Shown here one piece after another: positions 58,161 through 64,000 of a stretch of DNA of 64,000 nt. The notes beneath the pieces are model-generated. The model was not told the origin of the DNA. It saw nothing but the letters and a program-made list of their open reading frames with translations, and searched no databases. The DNA is from the human T2T-CHM13v2.0 reference genome, Homo sapiens: the NCBI RefSeq assembly GCF_009914755.1, contig NC_060935.1; one strand, given 5' to 3'. A program made the position numbers and the translations under genes. Numbering within the stretch: the stretch's first letter is position 1; each line of letters begins with the position of its first letter.

Positions 58161-59214
58161 TTCTTCTTTTTCCTCATATTTTTCTCTTCTCATTTCTTTT
58201 TTCATCCTTGTTTCTCTTAATTTCTTTTCATATCTGTTATTTTGATGTTTTGCCTTCACCAAGATACTGTTCATAGTTGAAAATCGGATATTACATTGGT
58301 ATTTGGGGGCATTCTTCTTTTTCAGCATCACAAAGCCAAGTTCTTGCTCAGCAGTAGCCTGAGGCAAGTCCTGGCTGACCAGCTATCTCTGCTCCTTTCT
58401 TGTAACTCAGACAGAGGTTTGATGGAGGTCACAGGCCCAGTAAAAATTTTTAGCCTCCAAACTAGGGCAGAATCATGTCCGTGTGAGCCTGGCTTTGTTT
58501 ATTAGCTATTTGTAGGGTTCTTTGGGTCCTAGTTCTCTACCTCTGCAGGAGTTGAATTATTGACCACATCTGCTTTGATTCTAGTCGAGAAGTTGTGCAT
58601 ATCTTCAATTTCAGCAACTTTTACCACTCTCTGCTTTCCAAAGCAGTTATTATCATATTTATTTTGGCATATGTAAACCAGTAATGGTCTCAAAATGAAT
58701 AGGCAACTTTATCAAGGGCACCTTGTTAGTAATAGTCAGATCCAGGTATTTAATCCTTAGCAGAACAACTCGAGTCTGTATCTGTCTACTGTATTACACA
58801 TTCTTCCATAACATGGATACTAGATGTGGATCCTGTGGGCCAGGTCTCTGGAAAGCCACAAGTTAATACGTTCTTCAAATTGAAATGCATCTCATATAGT
58901 ATCTGTGGAAAGATTCCTTACCTCATTGCTTTTCTTTGCTTCACTGCTCACAGGGATGGCACTGGCAGCTCTTTCTAATGAGAAAGATGGTAACATGATG
59001 AGATTGAAAATCAGGGTCAAAAACTGAGTAGTGTCATATGCACATAGATTTAGCAAAGGCAATGTGAATTTATTGAGCACTTGCCTCTAGGACAGGTTAG
59101 AAAAGATTCATTACATTGGTGGGATAATCTTAGCAGCAGTATGTGAAAATACTACCCAGCCCACTAGTCTTCACAGCAGCCCAGAAGGGACATGGCAGAA
59201 AGGGAAAGAACTCT

Positions 59215-59410
59215 ATGGACTACCTGTGTGGGCCAGGCATCTTCAAGAAATTTTGCAATTATTAATTTACTTAATTTTCTAAAGAACATTAGGAGTTGGG
59301 TATTTTAATGCTGAATTGCTATCACTGAAAAAAAAACAGAGTCTCAGAGAGATTAAGTAATTTTCTCACTGTCACACAGCAAGTAATAGAAAGCCCAGGT
59401 TTCCCTGATA
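59215..59410 (-). mobile_element. MIR
   Basis: aaacagagtctcagagagattaagtaattttctcactgtcacacagcaagtaa. Confidence 0.72.
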
Positions 59411-59629
59411 ACTTACCAGGACTTTCTCTTTTTTACTATCTAAATTCCCTTTTTCTATCTTCTTTCTGGGCAGCTGATAAAAGACCTCTACTTTATGAGC
59501 AATTAGTTTAGCTTAATGAATGCTTTCCTTATCTTAAAAAAGAGCTATATTCTCTATTAATATTGGTCTTAGTTGCTGAACTAGATGCAAATAGATGTTT
59601 CAGTGTAAAGATGATGACCTTTCTCATGT

Positions 59630-60098
59630 TGACCTTCTGTGGCAACAGATCCTGGAACATGACCTAGGCTGGGTAAATTATAGTTCTTATCACCTGAACA
59701 CAGTGATTGATTAAAGAGCTGGGTAGATCCATCACCCGCATGGGGCAAATTTGAGCTCTTCCTTAGATATGACAGGATATATGATGTGATATGATATTAC
59801 ATGATATGATATGATATGATAGAGAGTAGAGCTATGTCTCCTGGAATCAGAGAAACTTAAAGTCATCCTATCAGGTCATGGACAAAATTCACGTGGAGTG
59901 GAAGAGAACAGAGCCAGTAAACTGAGAGAAGCATAAGTGGATGATAGACAGTTTTCTAGTCCCTACATCCAAGCATCGGTAAAAACAAACCTCCTCCTGC
60001 CTGTCCGCGATTGGGTTATGCAAGCCAATAAAGTTTGCTAATGCTATTTTGAGTTGAATTTACATTATCTGCAACCAAAAACAACTTTGACTGAGACA
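59630..60098 (+). mobile_element. MLT1J/K-like MaLR LTR containing (ATATG)n at 59776-59820
   Basis: aagccaataaagtttgct...tttgagttg...tgcaaccaaaaacaactttgactgagaca terminus. Confidence 0.7.
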
Positions 60099-61169
60099 GA
60101 TTATTTCAGAAAAGAACAACAAATTACAAATGAGACATCATGGTTCTTTTGCCCATGGAGTATTTTGTTTTTGTTCCTCTCCTCTGCCTCCCACCAAAAG
60201 AACAGTGATAGAAGACATTGAATAGGGATGTCCCATGACATCTGTAAGTGGCATACCTTCTACAAATTACATCACAAAGTGCAAACTCAGCACATCCCTC
60301 AAATTATACAAATAAGAAAATGCTCTGGAATTTGTGTATGCTTTCTTTATGACATAACCAAGGACTTGGCAGGAGTGAGAAAGAATAGATTTTTCTCAGA
60401 ATTGTTCAGTGTCCTCTCCAACATTTGTGATTCAGGGAGTCAGCATAGTGGGCAAGAGAATCTTTGCTAACCATTAAACAACCCCACACATTAAGCTACC
60501 AGGGTCTGATAATTGTTTTTTTCTGTTTCACTTTCAAAAAGAAATGCCTTTGGTTTCCCTTGAAAGGAACCATGGGGGACAGTCCTGAGGGTGGTACAAT
60601 TCTGTCCCCTGCTGCCTCAGCAAACACTGAGTGCCTGTGGAAGGAAGCTGTCAGTGGTGACTCTGAAGATGGGACATCATCATGGACGTCAACCAAGGAC
60701 TACTTTAACATGGGCAGAGGGGGAAATTCAGAAATAAGAAGTTCCAGCAATTCCAGCAGTGACCTATGTCAATCAGGGGGCCTCATCCCTCAAATGGAAG
60801 TGGCTCTTTCCTTTATGAAACTCTCTTCTTCTTTGAAATATGCCTGCTTCCCATCTCATTCCTTTAAAACCTTTCTCCGATATAAACAGATTTATTATTT
60901 TGTTACTCACTCAATTCTGAAATAATGCAAACATTTATTCTCAACTTCCAGTTGAGAAGTGAATAGCCAGTGAATAGTGGAGGCTTCCCTGGCTTGGCCC
61001 TCAGGGATGTTCACTCTTCAGTTCACTGTTTGCTGGATATTACCCCCATAACACTATTAGAAGCCTTCTACCATAGGGGCCAAAGAAGACGTAATTATCT
61101 AATACAATAAACATTGCTTTTTATATTTGATTTGAAATCTTAGAGAAGATTCCCTCCTGGGAAATCTCC

Positions 61170-61915
61170 TTTGAAATCGGTAACTCTCACATGGTGTTCT
61201 ATTTCTGTGGTCAATCCTCAGATTAGCTTACCAGACTCTTTGCTCTCTTCTAAACATCAGGGTTTCCCTAACATTGTTTTAGGGCATTCTTTTCACTCTA
61301 CTGTCTCCCTGAGCTATCCTATTTTTATGGCTCCAAAGCTCTCATATGAACTCCAGGTCCATATGTCCAAGTGCCAACTGAATATGTTTAATTCAAAATT
61401 TTCTAGCAGAATATCAAGCCGAGTTTGTTCAAAAACTCAAACTCATCATTTCTTGAACTACCTCGAAATTCTTTCTTGTCCAATATTTTCTATTTAAATG
61501 AATTCTAATACAGAGTAATCCAAAATCTTTCATTTTCTATCATCTCAAACCTATGAAGGCCTTTCATTGTTACTTTTAAGTAATCCTAGAATTTGTCCTC
61601 TCTTTTAAACTCCTGCTGCTATCTTAGATCACATCTTCATCATTTCTATTCTTAATTACTTTCATGACTTAACTGATTTCCGACCTTTAGTTTGTCTTCT
61701 ATACTGCTTCTAGTGTGAGTTTTCAAAAATAGAAATCTAATCAGATTCTTCTTCTTCTGGAACATTTTTAATGGTTCTCGCCATCTTTAGAATAAAATTC
61801 AGACCTGTAGTATAGTGTTCAAAGCTCCTCATTTGTTGGTCCCTGCCAGTCTCTCCAATCTCATCTCTGACTTCTCTCACTGCACTTTACACTCAGACGA
61901 TTGAAGTCCCCTGAC
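61170..61915 (+). mobile_element. L2 (ORF2 3' region)
   Basis: gaactccaggtccatatgtccaagtgcc...aaaactcaaactcatcattt...gaataaaattcagacc...ttcaaagctcctcat. Confidence 0.75.
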
Positions 61916-61939
61916 CATTTTAGGACTCTGTCCCATGGA

Positions 61940-61985
61940 GAAGGAACAGAGCACAGACTTTTGCTTCTCACTATACAGTTTTATT
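61940..61985 (-). terminator. Candidate cleavage/polyadenylation site of a minus-strand gene
   Basis: The - strand reads AATAAA (61985-61980), 18 nt ending in CA (~61962), then GU/U-rich gtctgtgctctgttccttct. Confidence 0.6.
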
Positions 61986-62162
61986 TTAAGGTGAAGAAAT
62001 TGCTCCATTTTTGTGAGTGTTTTTCTGTATTCCAAAATAACTTCCAAAATATAATGTGTTGATTTTCAGAAATTCTCTATAAATATCCAAATAGCTCTGG
62101 AAAGATATTATTATAAATCAATAAATGCTATTCTAATTCTGTTGGAATATATTAATAGGAAG

Positions 62163-62204
<42 letters not shown>

Positions 62205-64000
62205 TATATATACACACATATGTATAATAGCATTTTGAATACTTCAATTGTATAAATTTGTAAAATTCATTCTTTGTGATCGGCATCATCACCAATAAAC
62301 AAAATGGAGGTGAAATGAAATAATTGGATTAATAGGCCATGGCAATGGACAAGTCTTGGTTAAATGTGCTTTGGAGGAACTTCCTGAAATGGGGAAGAGG
62401 ATCATCTGAAAATGAGATAGAGATCCACATCTGATTTGTAATTTTGAACCTAATAGTTTATTATTTATATTTGAGAGTATCCTAAATCTGCTATTAGCAG
62501 CCAAAAATGAATACAAGAAAGTACAATCGTTATTTAAAAGAAGCAAGTTATAGTTGACAAAGATTAAAATGTTAAAAGTTGTTTGAAGTTTAGGCAACTG
62601 ACAATAACAGAACAACTTATTAATAACAGTAATGAAGTTAAAAATTATAGAGCATTTGCTATAACCTAAGTATGTCCGTTTAAACTTCACCACTTTCTTA
62701 GATTAGGAAGCTGACCTTCAGATAAGTAAAATTATATCGGAAAGGTCCTCTTAATTCACAGTGCCAAATCCAGATTTTCCCTGACTTCCCCAAATGCCAC
62801 TTATAAGATAATTTAATTATTATTCATCCCCTGATGACTGCAGGAAAACCTCTGTGGGTAAGTAGAGATAAATGTGAAGAGCAGAAGCAAAGAAAAGAGC
62901 TAGCAGTAGTGAATGTTGAACTTCATGTGCTAATTGGTGTGTGTCCATTTCTGATACAGCCACTTTGAGACAAGGGCTATATCATCCATGAATTGGATCT
63001 TAATGTCCATTGCTGTATTTTTACTTCTCTAGTTTTTAAGAAATTTAGGCTGTGGTTCACATTGTGTATTCGAAAGATAGAATACCTCGCTAACTAGACA
63101 AACAAAAGCTTTGTTCTAAAAATGTACTTTCCTTAAAGCAGAAGTAACCTGCAGAGAAGCAGGATGCCTGAAGAGAGATGGATCTCTGCTTACTGTGTCT
63201 TTAGAACAGAAATAGTGGTTTTCAACTTCACAACTCTGCATTGAGCCCTCCTTTCACATCTTCCCTGTATCATTGCAGAATTGATCTGAATAATTCTCAT
63301 TTTATCTTAGACAATTTTTTGTGTGGCTTGAAAAAATAAATTTGCAATAGAGGTGAAATGGAAAAAATTATCCTTCATTTCCTACTCCAAACTGAGGATA
63401 AACAATTATTCTTGGAAATTCCACCATAGAATTGAATTCATTGTACGTGTGAATTGCACCTTTTAAGCTTTTAAATGATGTGGCATTTTTATTTAGCAGC
63501 ATTCCAAAAGGGACCACGAAATAAATGAGCTCCCTGGTTTTGCAGCATTTTATAATTCCAATATGAAAGTTTTAGCATTATTACTAACTGAAGAATCAGA
63601 AAGGAAATTCATAGACTATCACTTCTGGGTTTTCAAGTATTTTTAATCCATGCAACTCTTCCTCCAAACTTTTTCTTCAACTTCTCATGAGAAAGTCAGC
63701 ATATAAAGTTCTTAAAAGCTGTGCTCCCCTGACCGAAATGGAGATGAGTACCATGGTGGGAGAATGCATCTTTCCCCCTCGAGAGTCCTCTAGCACCTGA
63801 GGTGGTCTCTGGAAGAACTCAGCAGAACTCCCAAGTGCCAAGGAACACATATTACAGAACAACGGACTGCAGAAATTCAGATAGATGAAAACTATAGATC
63901 ATTCTAGGTACTTTGTTCCCAGACTTATAATACTCCCAATAGCTTCTCTAATGTATGATCAAGTGGCTGTCTGCTGTAATATTTTCAGAGCTATAATGTT
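61962..64000 (-). other. Probable distal 3'UTR / terminal exon of an unidentified gene lying to the right
   Basis: Over 2 kb of AU-rich sequence without recognisable interspersed repeats, starting at the poly(A) site; no long ORF. Confidence 0.5.
62167..62228. repeat. Compound (TA)n(CA)n microsatellite
   Basis: Read directly. Confidence 0.93.

Noticed and set aside
59615-59665. Three TGACCT half-sites spaced 15 and 30 bp apart
   Set aside because: Spacing matches no canonical nuclear-receptor element; partly within an LTR

Overview
This is primate genomic DNA, almost certainly human, because it carries a near-perfect AluYa5. It is AT-rich and CpG-poor, with no CpG island, no credible protein-coding exon and no RNA gene that I can recognise. 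Roughly half of the window is interspersed repeat: 13 Alus (10 on the - strand), several old L1 (L1MA/MB/MC/ME) blocks, L2 and MIR fossils, solo LTRs (MER4, MER34, MER39, MER74-like, MLT1, MST) and hAT fossils (MER3, Charlie-like). The longer ORFs in the supplied track come mostly from Alu, L1 or simple repeats. The last ~2 kb (61960-64000) lacks interspersed repeats and ends, on the - strand, in a textbook poly(A) site. It is probably the distal 3'UTR of a minus-strand gene lying to the right, which I cannot name. Best leads: (1) minus-strand exon-like units downstream of that site, two of which splice in frame; (2) a human-specific, possibly polymorphic AluYa5; (3) a 32-nt L1PA insertion with its own target-site duplication (TSD); (4) a templated-insertion repair scar; (5) two young VNTRs; (6) several enhancer-like motif clusters. 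I find no convincing new biological system. Repeat subfamily names come from remembered consensus sequences, and old-repeat boundaries are approximate.
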